Positions 46,207 through 55,758 of a stretch of 64,000 nt of DNA are shown in pieces. Origin of the DNA: Candidatus Daviesbacteria bacterium. Its GTDB lineage: Bacteria > Patescibacteriota > Microgenomatia > Daviesbacterales > UBA10151. Under the pieces are notes generated by a model. That model was not told the DNA's origin, searched no databases, and saw only the letters and a list, made by a program, of their open reading frames with translations. The translations under genes and the position numbers were made by a program. How positions within the stretch are numbered: the stretch's first letter is position 1; every line of letters begins with the position of its first letter. The DNA is taken from contig JAQUSJ010000001.1 of NCBI GenBank assembly GCA_028715175.1, positions 674,386-738,385 on the forward strand, in the 5' to 3' direction.

Positions 46207-47805
46207 TTATTCCCATTCCATAGTGGCCGGGGGTTTGTTGGTGATATCGTAAACCACACGGTTTACTTCACGAACTTCATTTACAATTCTTGTTGAAATT
46301 TTTTCTAAAAGATCAAAAGGAAGTTTAGCAAAATTGGCAGACATGGCATCTTGGGCTTCAATGGCTCGAATAGCAATTGTTTCCCCATACGCTCTTTCGT
46401 CTCCTCTGACTCCTGTTGTTTTAATTCCTGTAAAAATTGCAAATACTTGCCAAAGATTTTTAGCTAAATCAGTTTTTTCAATTTCCTGCTGAATAATTTT
46501 ATCTGCTTTTCTTAAAATTTCTAATTTCTTTTCAGTAATTTCACCAATAATTCTTACTGCCAATCCCGGTCCTGGAAAAGGTTGTCTATTTAAAATTTGC
46601 TCAGGCAATCCCAAAATCTTCCCAATTTTCCTGACTTCATCTTTATAAAAATTCCTTAAGGGTTCTATTAAAACAAGATTCATTTTTTTAGGTAAAGCCC
46701 CGACATTATGATGTGATTTAATCACTCGTGCATGTTTGGTGCCGGCACTTTCTATCACATCAGGATAAATGGTACCTTGGACCAAAAATTTTGCTCCACT
46801 TTCTTTAGCTAATCTTTCAAAAACCTCAATAAAAATTTTGCCTATTACTTTTCTTTTTTGTTCAGGATCTGCTACCTCTTTTAATGCTTTTAAGAATTCT
46901 TTTTTTGCATCTATAATTTTTATATCCATATTGTAATGTTTGGCAAAAACCCCTCTTAAGGTATCTGTCTCACCATCTCTCATCAATCCCGAATCTATGT
47001 AATAACAAGTTAAATTTTTACCAATGGCTTTATAAACTAAAAGAGCAGCTACCGAAGAATCCACCCCGCCAGACAGTGCGCATATTGCTTTTTCTCTTCC
47101 TACAGAATCTTTAATATCGGAAATTATATTTTCTACAAATTTTTCATCTATTGTTGATCTTTTGGGATTTAATCCGCAGATCTTTAAAAAATTTTCCAAA
47201 ATTTCTGTTCCAAATTCCGTATGCATAACTTCGGGATGAAACTGTATTCCATATATTTTTTTATTTTTATTTTCCACAACAGCATGAGGAATTGTTTTTG
47301 TAGTAGCAATTGTCTCAAAATTCTCTGGTATTTTAACGACCTCATCACCATGACTCATCCAAACCGTGATACCACTTGGAACTGTGGATAATAAATTAGA
47401 AGATTTTTTTATAGTAAGTTCTGCCGGACCATATTCTTTTTTATACCCTGGTTTAACTTCGCCACCCAAAAGCTGACACATTAACTGTTGTCCGTAACAA
47501 ATACCTAAAATTGGAATACCTAACTCAAATATTTTTTTGTCAATTGTCGGCGCGCCTTTTTCATAATCGCTTGCGATTATATCGCGACGCTTCTTGTAAC
47601 GCGGTGCGTTATAAACAGATGCTGGCCCTCCTGAAAATATTATTCCTTTTACTTTCTTGTCATTCTGGAGCCCTTCGCTACGCTCGAGGGTAAACTCCGC
47701 GATAGAATCTTCCGGTGCAACAATTTCACAATCCACCCCCAACTCTCTTATTCTTCTCCCAATCAAATGCGCTGTTTGCGATCCAAAATCAACTAAGACA
47801 ATCAC
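46207..47805 (-). CDS. guaA: GMP synthase (glutamine-hydrolysing), with in-frame palindromic insertions in the GATase domain
   Basis: MIVLVDFGSQTAHLIGRRIRELG…, GICYGQQ (catalytic Cys), SGGVDSS PP-loop, C-terminal …PPATMEWE. Confidence 0.9.
   Translation of the reverse strand: MIVLVDFGSQTAHLIGRRIRELGVDCEIVAPEDSIAEFTLERSEGLQNDKKVKGIIFSGGPASVYNAPRYKKRRDIIASDYEKGAPTIDKKIFELGIPILGICYGQQLMCQLLGGEVKPGYKKEYGPAELTIKKSSNLLSTVPSGITVWMSHGDEVVKIPENFETIATTKTIPHAVVENKNKKIYGIQFHPEVMHTEFGTEILENFLKICGLNPKRSTIDEKFVENIISDIKDSVGREKAICALSGGVDSSVAALLVYKAIGKNLTCYYIDSGLMRDGETDTLRGVFAKHYNMDIKIIDAKKEFLKALKEVADPEQKRKVIGKIFIEVFERLAKESGAKFLVQGTIYPDVIESAGTKHARVIKSHHNVGALPKKMNLVLIEPLRNFYKDEVRKIGKILGLPEQILNRQPFPGPGLAVRIIGEITEKKLEILRKADKIIQQEIEKTDLAKNLWQVFAIFTGIKTTGVRGDERAYGETIAIRAIEAQDAMSANFAKLPFDLLEKISTRIVNEVREVNRVVYDITNKPPATMEWE
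47564..47611. repeat. cluster of small GC-rich palindromes (ATAATCGCTTGCGATTAT; AACGCGGTGCGTT) in frame in guaA
   Basis: Read directly. Encodes …NAPRYKKRRDIIASDYEK…, not expected in the GATase domain. Confidence 0.6.
47658..47709. repeat. Family-A element copy in frame in guaA (TGTCATTCTGGAGCCCTTCGCTACGCTCGAGGGTAAACTCCGCGATAGAATC)
   Basis: Read directly; encodes …SIAEFTLERSEGLQNDKK…. Confidence 0.7.
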
Positions 47806-48590
47806 GGCTTTGCCTCCTTAACAAACTTTACAATGTTTTCAAACAAAGGTAAACCTTGTGGTTTTGTAATATTTCCCCTTCGCCAGTTTGGGTGCTGTTC
47901 CACCCGGACAAAACATTCAGGATGCGGCATCATCCCTAAAATCCTGCCTGTTGTATCTGTTATTCCTACTATCGAATTTAAGGAACCATTTGGATTTTCT
48001 GGATATTCCATTGTTGGATTTCCATTTTCATCAACATATCTGAATGCCACTAAATTTTGATCTTCAATTTCTTTTAGAATTTCCTCATCGGCAATAAATT
48101 TACCTTCGCCATGGGCAATCGGCAACCAGATTATTTCATTATCCATTTCTCTCAAAAATTGGCTGTTATTTTTATTATTAACTTTAACTTTTATCCATCG
48201 GCATTCAAAATGTCCCGAATCGTTATTTGTTAAACTAACTCTCATTTTTCCAATTTCTCTAAATGGCAAAAGACCAGTCCTAACTAAAACCTGGAAACCA
48301 TTACAAACTCCCAAGATGGCAGTATTTTTTCGTTCAATAAATTTCTGCAATTCTTCTTTAAAAAATGAAGTTAGCTCAATTGCCAAAATTTTTCCGGAAA
48401 CTATGTCGTCCCCATAGGCAAAACCGCCGGGCAAAGCAAGAATTTGATAATCCTTCAGTTTTACAGAACCGTCTCTTAATTGATTTACATGCACTATTTT
48501 TGAATCCCCGCCGGCAATCTTAAAAGCATAAGCCATCTCTTCGTCTCTATTTGTCCCATCTGCTTTTAAAACTAAAACTTTTGGTTTCAT
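47802..48590 (-). CDS. purQ: phosphoribosylformylglycinamidine synthase, glutaminase subunit
   Basis: MKPKVLVLKADGTNRDEEMAYAF… and GVCNGFQ (class I GATase Cys). 262 aa. Confidence 0.9.
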   Translation of the reverse strand: MKPKVLVLKADGTNRDEEMAYAFKIAGGDSKIVHVNQLRDGSVKLKDYQILALPGGFAYGDDIVSGKILAIELTSFFKEELQKFIERKNTAILGVCNGFQVLVRTGLLPFREIGKMRVSLTNNDSGHFECRWIKVKVNNKNNSQFLREMDNEIIWLPIAHGEGKFIADEEILKEIEDQNLVAFRYVDENGNPTMEYPENPNGSLNSIVGITDTTGRILGMMPHPECFVRVEQHPNWRRGNITKPQGLPLFENIVKFVKEAKP

Positions 48591-51466
48591 GAAAACATCT
48601 CCTTCATTGGTTTCTGCCAGACTTTTTTCAAATTTGGAACTTCCGCACTAAAGAAATTCTTAACATCAATAATAGGAGCTTTTTGTGTTTTACCTAAAGT
48701 TATGTAAGGAATATTTTTGAATAATTGTTTGGCAACTTTTTCATCTTTCACCTCAACAATAAAACATCCTGTTGTCTCATTAAATAGCAACTCACTCACC
48801 TCCGAGGAACCCATTCGGCCACCTCGGAGGTGTGACGAAGTTACTCCTCCGAGGTGGATATTTACCCCGCAATTTCCCCCAACACACATCTCAAAAATAG
48901 CTGAAATTACCCCACCTTCAGATATATCATGACATGACAATATTTGTCCATTTCGTATTCCCTTGTAGATTGCATCAAAAGTTTTTGGCAGTAACTTTAG
49001 GTCTATTCTTGGAACAGAATCTGTCTCCAGATTATTTACTTGATGATATACAGATCCTCCTAAATTCTTATCCATTTCCCCAACCAAAACAATTGTTGAA
49101 CCGACCTTTTTCAAATCGGCAGTAACAGTCTTTCTTGTATCCTCTATTTTCCCTAGAACCGAAATGCAAAGCGTTGGTGGAATTTTAATAACGCTTCCAT
49201 CTGCCCCACGGTAAGTTGAAGACAGGCTATCTTTACCGGAAATCACCGGAATTTTAAAAATTTTCATAAAATCCACCACCGCATCAACTGATCTATCAAG
49301 CGACCAAAGAGACTCTTGATCTGGAAAAGGCCAAATATAATTGTTTATTAAAGAAGCATTTTTGTAGTCTCCGCCAACTGCGACAAAATTTGATAAGGCT
49401 TCAGTCGCTGCCCAGATACTTCCCCAGTATGGATCTATATTATTAAAAACCGGATTTAATCCGTGTGAAATAATCATGCCATATTGTTTGGAAAGTACGG
49501 GACGCAAAACCGGAGAATCATTAGGCCCATCTAAATTTTTTCCTGAATATGGCTGAAGGTCATTTGTTCCCTGAACTAAATGGTCATACAACCGGACAAT
49601 TGGCTCTTTTGAACAGACATTTCCGTGAGATAATACTTTTCGCAAAACCTTGATCCATTCTTCCTCTGATTTTGGTTGTATTGGTTCTTTGATCTGACGA
49701 CTGACGACTGACGACTGACGACTTGCTTTCAAAACCCGTTTCGGCAACCCATGGTGCAAAAACTGCATATCCAAATGGCCCACTACTTTACCACCAAAAT
49801 AAACTTTTAATTTTTTACTGCCATCAAATTTTCCTAAAACCGTACTTTCAACATTATATTTTTTACAGATCATTTCAAAAACCTTAAGGTTTTTCGGATC
49901 CAATACTACAATCATTCTTTCCTGTGATTCTGACAAAAAAATTTCCCAGGGAGCTAAACCTTGATATTTTAAAAGGGCATTTTTTATGTCAACCGTAACT
50001 CCTAAAGTTTCACCAATCTCGCCAATGGCAGATGAAAATCCTCCTCCGCCGCAATCTTGCACTAACCTTATTAAATCTTGATCTCTTGCTTCAAGCAGCG
50101 CATCAAACATCCGTTTTTCTTCAATTGCGTTTCCGATTTGCACTGCCGAAGAGTGTGTCGTATAAGTATCTGCAGTCATTTCCCCGGACGAAAAGGTAGC
50201 ACCATGAATCCCATCCCTGCCAGTTCTACCCCCTACACAAATTATTAAATCATTTCTTTCAGGTTTATCTTTTATCGCATATTTTTTTGGCACTATTCCA
50301 TATGCTCCTACAATAACCGTTGGTCTAGCCCTAAAATCTTTGTGAAAATGGACTGATCCGTTATTAGTAGGAATCCCCATTCTGTTTCCGTAATCCCTTA
50401 CCCCTGAAACTACTCTTTTCAATAAATATTCCGGTGGAAGACATCCTGCTGGTAACTGGGAAGCCGGCAAATCAATCGGAGCAAAACAAAAGATATCTGT
50501 TGAGGCAATATTTTTGGCTCCTTTACCTGTTGCAGCAATGTCGCGGAACACTCCGCCTGATCCGGTCATCGCTCCACCATATGGCTCAATAGCTGATGGA
50601 GCATTATGGGTTTCGACTTTACCACAAATCCCAAAACCGCCGTAGAAATCCATCACACCCGAATTGTCAACAAATGCTGAAACAATATTTTTATCATGCT
50701 TTAGCGCTTCTTTTTTCAATCTATCAATGAGCGGCTCTTTCTTTTTTCCATCAACTAATAACTCAGCTTTAAAAGTTTTATGCCCCGAGTGTTCACTCCA
50801 AGTTTGGGCTAAAGTTTCCAGTTCTAAATCAGTGGGGTCCCTTTTTTCTGCTGCAAAATATTCTTGGATCTTTTTCATCTCTTCCAAATTAAGAAAAAGC
50901 TGATCTTTAGATAAATCCCGCAACTCTTGATCATTCAAACTTCTTATAGGAATTGTTTGAATTTTGCCAGGTTGTCCTTTCAAAATAAGCGTTTGCGGCT
51001 CATCTTTCACGATATGCTCGATAAGCGAGTTATAGAGTTTCAGTTTTTCTACGATCTTTTCGACTTCTGCTTTTTTTAAGCTTCCGTAAAATGCATACTC
51101 AAAGGATGAATCGCATGCCGGCAGTTTAATTCCCAAATCATCTGCAGCTTTGATAATGGATGTAACTTCCGGATTCATCACCCCTGGCTTGTAAGCTATT
51201 TCAATAATCACAGACTTCACCTCCGAGGTGGGCTTTGACTCCTCGGAGGTGGAATTAATCGTATATCTTTGATTAATTGATTCAGATAATAATTTTTCAG
51301 CCAAAATTTTGGCCTCTTTTTCAGATATTCCTTCCAATCTATAAACTTTGATCGCAGAAACTCTGGTAATATTTTTAATTCCCAACATCCGATGGATGTC
51401 ATTTAAGATACCATCTCCTTTTAAATCTGGTCCAACTATTGTTTGTACTCTGACTTTTTGTATCAT
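48587..51466 (-). CDS. purL: phosphoribosylformylglycinamidine synthase: tandem PurS-PurS N-terminal domains fused to PurL (FGAM synthase II)
   Basis: Two PurS-like ~75-aa modules at the N-terminus, then a small-PurL body. 959 aa. Family-B palindromes in frame at 51218..51252 and 48797..48857; heptamer array at 49694..49721. Confidence 0.9.
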   Translation of the reverse strand: MIQKVRVQTIVGPDLKGDGILNDIHRMLGIKNITRVSAIKVYRLEGISEKEAKILAEKLLSESINQRYTINSTSEESKPTSEVKSVIIEIAYKPGVMNPEVTSIIKAADDLGIKLPACDSSFEYAFYGSLKKAEVEKIVEKLKLYNSLIEHIVKDEPQTLILKGQPGKIQTIPIRSLNDQELRDLSKDQLFLNLEEMKKIQEYFAAEKRDPTDLELETLAQTWSEHSGHKTFKAELLVDGKKKEPLIDRLKKEALKHDKNIVSAFVDNSGVMDFYGGFGICGKVETHNAPSAIEPYGGAMTGSGGVFRDIAATGKGAKNIASTDIFCFAPIDLPASQLPAGCLPPEYLLKRVVSGVRDYGNRMGIPTNNGSVHFHKDFRARPTVIVGAYGIVPKKYAIKDKPERNDLIICVGGRTGRDGIHGATFSSGEMTADTYTTHSSAVQIGNAIEEKRMFDALLEARDQDLIRLVQDCGGGGFSSAIGEIGETLGVTVDIKNALLKYQGLAPWEIFLSESQERMIVVLDPKNLKVFEMICKKYNVESTVLGKFDGSKKLKVYFGGKVVGHLDMQFLHHGLPKRVLKASRQSSVVSRQIKEPIQPKSEEEWIKVLRKVLSHGNVCSKEPIVRLYDHLVQGTNDLQPYSGKNLDGPNDSPVLRPVLSKQYGMIISHGLNPVFNNIDPYWGSIWAATEALSNFVAVGGDYKNASLINNYIWPFPDQESLWSLDRSVDAVVDFMKIFKIPVISGKDSLSSTYRGADGSVIKIPPTLCISVLGKIEDTRKTVTADLKKVGSTIVLVGEMDKNLGGSVYHQVNNLETDSVPRIDLKLLPKTFDAIYKGIRNGQILSCHDISEGGVISAIFEMCVGGNCGVNIHLGGVTSSHLRGGRMGSSEVSELLFNETTGCFIVEVKDEKVAKQLFKNIPYITLGKTQKAPIIDVKNFFSAEVPNLKKVWQKPMKEMFS
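48797..48857. repeat. Family-B palindromic element cluster (CACCTCCGAGG / CCACCTCGGAGGTG / CCTCCGAGGTGG), in frame in purL
   Basis: Read directly; encodes …HLGGVTSSHLRGGRMGSSEVSE…. Confidence 0.75.
49694..49721. repeat. heptamer tandem array CTGACGA x4, in frame in purL
   Basis: Read directly; encodes …SRQSSVVSRQ…. Confidence 0.8.
51218..51252. repeat. Family-B palindromic element (CACCTCCGAGGTGGG-N8-CCTCGGAGGTGG), in frame between the two PurS modules of purL
   Basis: Read directly; encodes …TSEESKPTSEVKS…. Confidence 0.75.
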
Positions 51467-51470
51467 TTTT

Positions 51471-52802
51471 TCATCCTTTTTTACCTCGCCGTAGCGTCTC
51501 GCGAAGACGGGCTACATCCCTCCAGCCAATATCTGTTCTATAGTGTAAATTATTTCCTTCAATGTTAACTTTTCTCAATGCCCGATATGCCCTCTCTCTT
51601 GCCTCTATCACATTTTTTCCCTCATCCATCACAAACAAAATCCTACCCCCCGCTACCATATAACCCCCATTAACTTTTTTAATACCAGCCCCGTAAATTT
51701 TGGCTTCAGCCTTAATAGCTTTATCAATTCCAAAAACTTTTTTACCTTTAACTGATTGATAATCAACAGGATAACCTTTTGCCACTGCCGCTACCACTAC
51801 CCTTACCTTTTTATCTATCTTCAAATTTAATTTTCCAATAGTACCATTGATAATATCCTGGCTGACCTCATATAAATCATTTTTAATACTCGGTAAAATG
51901 ACCTCTGCTTCAGGATCTCCCCATCTGGCATTGAATTCTATAACAAAAACCGCTCCTCTAATCACAATGCCCCCTAAATATAAAACCCCCTTGTATGGTC
52001 GCCCATCTATCTTTAACCCATCCACAGCCTTTTTGAAAATTTCCTTGACTTGTTTCCTGATATTTTCATCAACAATTAACGGGTTTGAAACACAACCCAT
52101 TCCTCCGGTATTTGGACCTTCATCACCATCAAATACTTGCTTATGATCTTGTGCAAAACCCACTACTTGAAAATTTTTCCCATCACACAGTGCAAAAGCG
52201 GAAAACTCTTCACCGATTAACCACTGCTCCAAAAGATAAGTCTCTCCACTTTTACCAAATCTCGCCATTTGTTTTATAGCATCAATTGCCTGACGCCCAT
52301 TTTTTGCAGGAATTGCTCCCTTGCCTTCCGCCAGCCCTGATGCTTTAACAAACCAACTAGCTTTAGATTTGCTATTTACAAACTTAATCCCATCTTTTGT
52401 TGATGAAAAAACATGATAGTCAGGAGAGGGAATTTGATACTTTTTCATAAAACCCCTGGCCCATGCTTTATCCCACTCAAGCTGTCCGGCTTTTTTGGTT
52501 GGTCCCACTACCTTAATTCCCTCCGCCAGTAAAGTATCTGCTAAACCTGCTTCCACTGCATTATCTTGTGCAACATCTACCAAATCAACTTGCTCTTTTT
52601 TGCAAATTTCCAATATTTCTTTAATGCTGGTTGTTTTTAAGTATTGGTAAGTTACAACCGGCTTTTTAGTATTAATCTGCATTAAATCATTTCCCGGTAC
52701 CACTAGAATTTTTCCCACACGTTTGCTTTGTCCATACTTATCTACTAGAGTTGCACCTCTTCCTCCCCCATCTATTATCATTATTGTCTTTAATTTATTC
52801 AT
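51471..52802 (-). CDS. purD: phosphoribosylamine--glycine ligase
   Basis: MNKLKTIMIIDGGGRGATLV…, ATP-grasp. 443 aa. The C-terminal …RLRETLRRGKKG overlaps a degenerate Family-A-like GC-rich motif at 51476-51512. Confidence 0.9.
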   Translation of the reverse strand: MNKLKTIMIIDGGGRGATLVDKYGQSKRVGKILVVPGNDLMQINTKKPVVTYQYLKTTSIKEILEICKKEQVDLVDVAQDNAVEAGLADTLLAEGIKVVGPTKKAGQLEWDKAWARGFMKKYQIPSPDYHVFSSTKDGIKFVNSKSKASWFVKASGLAEGKGAIPAKNGRQAIDAIKQMARFGKSGETYLLEQWLIGEEFSAFALCDGKNFQVVGFAQDHKQVFDGDEGPNTGGMGCVSNPLIVDENIRKQVKEIFKKAVDGLKIDGRPYKGVLYLGGIVIRGAVFVIEFNARWGDPEAEVILPSIKNDLYEVSQDIINGTIGKLNLKIDKKVRVVVAAVAKGYPVDYQSVKGKKVFGIDKAIKAEAKIYGAGIKKVNGGYMVAGGRILFVMDEGKNVIEARERAYRALRKVNIEGNNLHYRTDIGWRDVARLRETLRRGKKG

Positions 52803-52803
52803 A

Positions 52804-53403
52804 TTAGTTACATAGTTTTGCTAAAATATCCACATATAACTTATTCTCTTTAACTTTTAATCTTTTATATAAAGATTCCACGGTGTCTTCTGGCTTAATC
52901 TTCTCAAAGCATCTACCTAGAACCGGCCCAAAGTCAAATTCATGAGATAGAAGATGATTTGTACATCCGGCATAAGTGGCATGATTATCAAGAAATTTTT
53001 GAATCGCCTCATCAGTCATTTTCTTCCTATTCCATAAAGCAAGTGTCCCATCGGGGCTTCTGACAACGCCACTCATTGTATCCGGTATTAACCCGGGGTG
53101 AGTATTTAAAATTCTGTTAGAGAATGCGTCAATGACCTCATCTAAAATAATCTGTTTCCAACCTGCAAGACAAATATAATCAGGATTTATTTTTTTCAAA
53201 AAGGGTAACAAATTCTTTTTTCTTGACAATATTTTAATTGGTAACTTATGTTTTCTTGCCCTCTTAAGACCCAGTGCTCCAGGAGTATCGCTGACAACTA
53301 CCGCAATCTTAGCATTAATCTTTCCCTGTTTTATCCCGTCAATAATTGCTTGAAGATTCGTTCCTGTGCCGGTATTGGATATCAAAATAGCAATTCTTTT
53401 CAT
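52804..53403 (-). CDS. purN: phosphoribosylglycinamide formyltransferase
   Basis: MKRIAILISNTGTGTNLQAIIDGIKQGKINAKIAVVVSDTPGALGLKRARKHKLP… 199 aa. Confidence 0.85.
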   Translation of the reverse strand: MKRIAILISNTGTGTNLQAIIDGIKQGKINAKIAVVVSDTPGALGLKRARKHKLPIKILSRKKNLLPFLKKINPDYICLAGWKQIILDEVIDAFSNRILNTHPGLIPDTMSGVVRSPDGTLALWNRKKMTDEAIQKFLDNHATYAGCTNHLLSHEFDFGPVLGRCFEKIKPEDTVESLYKRLKVKENKLYVDILAKLCN

Positions 53404-54809
53404 TTGCCTAAAACATCATAATCTATTTCTTTTCTTCGCTCACCAATATCCACCGGATAATTACCGTTAAATAAAGCCGTACATAATAGATCCTCTGATA
53501 ATCCGATTGCTTTTATTAATCCCTGATAAGACAAATAATGCATCGAGTCAACTCCTAACTCTTTCTCTATCTGCTTAATATTCTTAACAGCTGCAATTAA
53601 TTCTTTTTGGTCCGGAGTATCGATTCCGTAAAAATCAGGAAACTTAACCGGCGGTGAGGAAACTAACAAATGGACCTCCTTTGCTCCGGCGCTCCTTATC
53701 ATCTTAATAATTTCTTTGGAAGTTGTCCCTCTGACAATCGAGTCATCTACCACTATTACTTTTTTACCATTTAGTACATACCTTACCGGATTAAGTTTTA
53801 GCTGGACAATATGCCCCCGGGTATGTTTTTCAGGAGAAATAAATGTTCTGTGAATATAACGGTTTTTAATTAAACCCATTTCAAAAGGGATTCCTGATTG
53901 TTTGGAAAAACCAATTGCTGCAGGAATGGCAGAATCGGGAACGGGAATTACTATGTCAGCCTTAATATTATTCTCCTTTGCTAACTCCCTACCCAAATTT
54001 TGTCTGACCTGGTCAACACTTTTTCCTAAAATTATACTGTCCGGTCTGGCAAAATATACATATTCAAATACATCCAACTTTTGCGTCCCTTTTTCTATTT
54101 GAACACTTTTCAAACCTTTATCATCAATTACTATCATCTCGCCAGGTTTGACTTCCCTCACAAATTCTGCACCAACAATATCCAAGGCGCAAGTCTCTGA
54201 TGCAATAATATATCCGCCGTTTAATTTACCCAGACTCAAAGGTCTGATACCAAAACTATCACGCAGAGCAATAAGTTTTTCTTCATCCATTATTAACAAA
54301 CAAAATACACCGGTAAACAGCGGGTAAGCTTTTTTGATTGCATCCTCCATCTTAAAACCTTCCCGCATTAACACTGCAATAGCTTTAGCAATCATCTCCG
54401 AATCATTCAGTCCGTCTGTAGTAACTTTTTTAGTTTTTAAAAATTCTTCTAATTTTTTAGTTGAAGGAAGGTTACCATTATGGACTAAAGCAATAGAATT
54501 ATTGGCGGAAACTTTTTCTATAATTGGTTGGGCGTGGGATTCTATTGAATCACCCGAGGTAGAATAACGGTTGTGACCAATTGCTAAATGACCTTTTAAT
54601 CTTTTTAAATCTTCTTCAGCGAAAACATGCGCAACTAAACCCATGCCTTTGTGTAGATAGATTTTTTTGCCGTCAGAAGATGCTATACCAGAAGATTCTT
54701 GACCTCTGTGTTGAAGCGCCCAAAGGCCTGGATGAACTAAACGGGCTGCCTCAAAACCCTGCCCGTATACTCCAAATATCCCACATTTTTCTCTAATGCT
54801 AGTTCCCAT
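53400..54809 (-). CDS. purF: amidophosphoribosyltransferase
   Basis: N-terminal nucleophile MxxxxxxKCGIFGV, Ntn-GATase domain and PRTase domain. 469 aa. Confidence 0.9.
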   Translation of the reverse strand: MGTSIREKCGIFGVYGQGFEAARLVHPGLWALQHRGQESSGIASSDGKKIYLHKGMGLVAHVFAEEDLKRLKGHLAIGHNRYSTSGDSIESHAQPIIEKVSANNSIALVHNGNLPSTKKLEEFLKTKKVTTDGLNDSEMIAKAIAVLMREGFKMEDAIKKAYPLFTGVFCLLIMDEEKLIALRDSFGIRPLSLGKLNGGYIIASETCALDIVGAEFVREVKPGEMIVIDDKGLKSVQIEKGTQKLDVFEYVYFARPDSIILGKSVDQVRQNLGRELAKENNIKADIVIPVPDSAIPAAIGFSKQSGIPFEMGLIKNRYIHRTFISPEKHTRGHIVQLKLNPVRYVLNGKKVIVVDDSIVRGTTSKEIIKMIRSAGAKEVHLLVSSPPVKFPDFYGIDTPDQKELIAAVKNIKQIEKELGVDSMHYLSYQGLIKAIGLSEDLLCTALFNGNYPVDIGERRKEIDYDVLGK

Positions 54810-54871
54810 AGTTTAATATAACTATTTTGGCCTCGAAAGTCAAGTGTCTCACAAAATGGTATACTTAAATC

Positions 54872-55249
54872 ATGGTTCTGGAAAAGATCTCTAGCCGAAG
54901 AATATTGTCTTTCAAATATGCCTTTGCTGGGATAATTACGGCTTTAAAAGAAGAGCCGAATTTAAAATTTCATTTTCTTGCGGGACTGCTGGTGGTAGTT
55001 TTGGCAATTGTTTTAAAAATCTCCACCATAGATTGGATCATTATTATCTTCCTCATCGGGTTTGTCACCTCAGTTGAATTAACAAATACTGCAATAGAAG
55101 CAGTAGTTGACGCATTCACAGATCAAGAACATCCTAGGGCAAAAATTGCCAAAGATATATCAGCAGGAGCAGTACTTATTGCCGCCATCACGTCTTTCAT
55201 CATTGGCGCAATGATCTTCCTCCCATACCTTTTGCAATGGACAACATAA
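54872..55249 (+). CDS. dgkA: diacylglycerol kinase / undecaprenol kinase (DgkA family)
   Basis: …SFKYAFAGIITALKEEPNLKFHFLAGLLVVVLAI…VELTNTAIEAVVD… 3 TM, 125 aa. Confidence 0.85.
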   Translation: MVLEKISSRRILSFKYAFAGIITALKEEPNLKFHFLAGLLVVVLAIVLKISTIDWIIIIFLIGFVTSVELTNTAIEAVVDAFTDQEHPRAKIAKDISAGAVLIAAITSFIIGAMIFLPYLLQWTT

Positions 55250-55758
55250 CCTTATTCTTCCTTGTTCAAAGTTTAATAGGCCAAAGCCCTATCTTAGATG
55301 GTTTAATGAGATTCGGTGCCGAGCCGTTGATCTATATCATGATTTTACTAACTCTCATACTTGGCATTAAAGGAAAAATTGAAGACAAAAAAGCTTTTCT
55401 TATTATTATTCTTACCATTCCTATTGCATTTTTACTTATCCGAATTATTCATATTTTTATTTTTAAACCCCGACCTTTTGTTACTTTCAATTTTATACCC
55501 CTGGTACAAGAAACCGCCAATACATGTTTTCCGTCAAGGCATACCACAATCTCAGCAGTAATTGCTTTTGCTTTTACCTATTTTAAATCAAAACGGTCAT
55601 TACTTTTCTTAATTTTAATGTTATGGGTAGGAATATCCAGAGTATATGTTGGTGTCCATTATCCTTTAGATATTTTAGGAGGATTTCTGGTGGCAGCAAT
55701 TTCTTTAAGCTTAGCTTTACAAATTAAACGAATTCTTAAAAAGTTTTTACTCACTTAA
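55237..55758 (+). CDS. PAP2-family lipid phosphatase (undecaprenyl-diphosphatase-like)
   Basis: KPRPF, PSRHT and SRVYVGVHYPLDILGG motifs (KxxxxxxRP / PSGH / SRxxxxxHxxxD). Confidence 0.8.
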   Translation: MDNITLFFLVQSLIGQSPILDGLMRFGAEPLIYIMILLTLILGIKGKIEDKKAFLIIILTIPIAFLLIRIIHIFIFKPRPFVTFNFIPLVQETANTCFPSRHTTISAVIAFAFTYFKSKRSLLFLILMLWVGISRVYVGVHYPLDILGGFLVAAISLSLALQIKRILKKFLLT

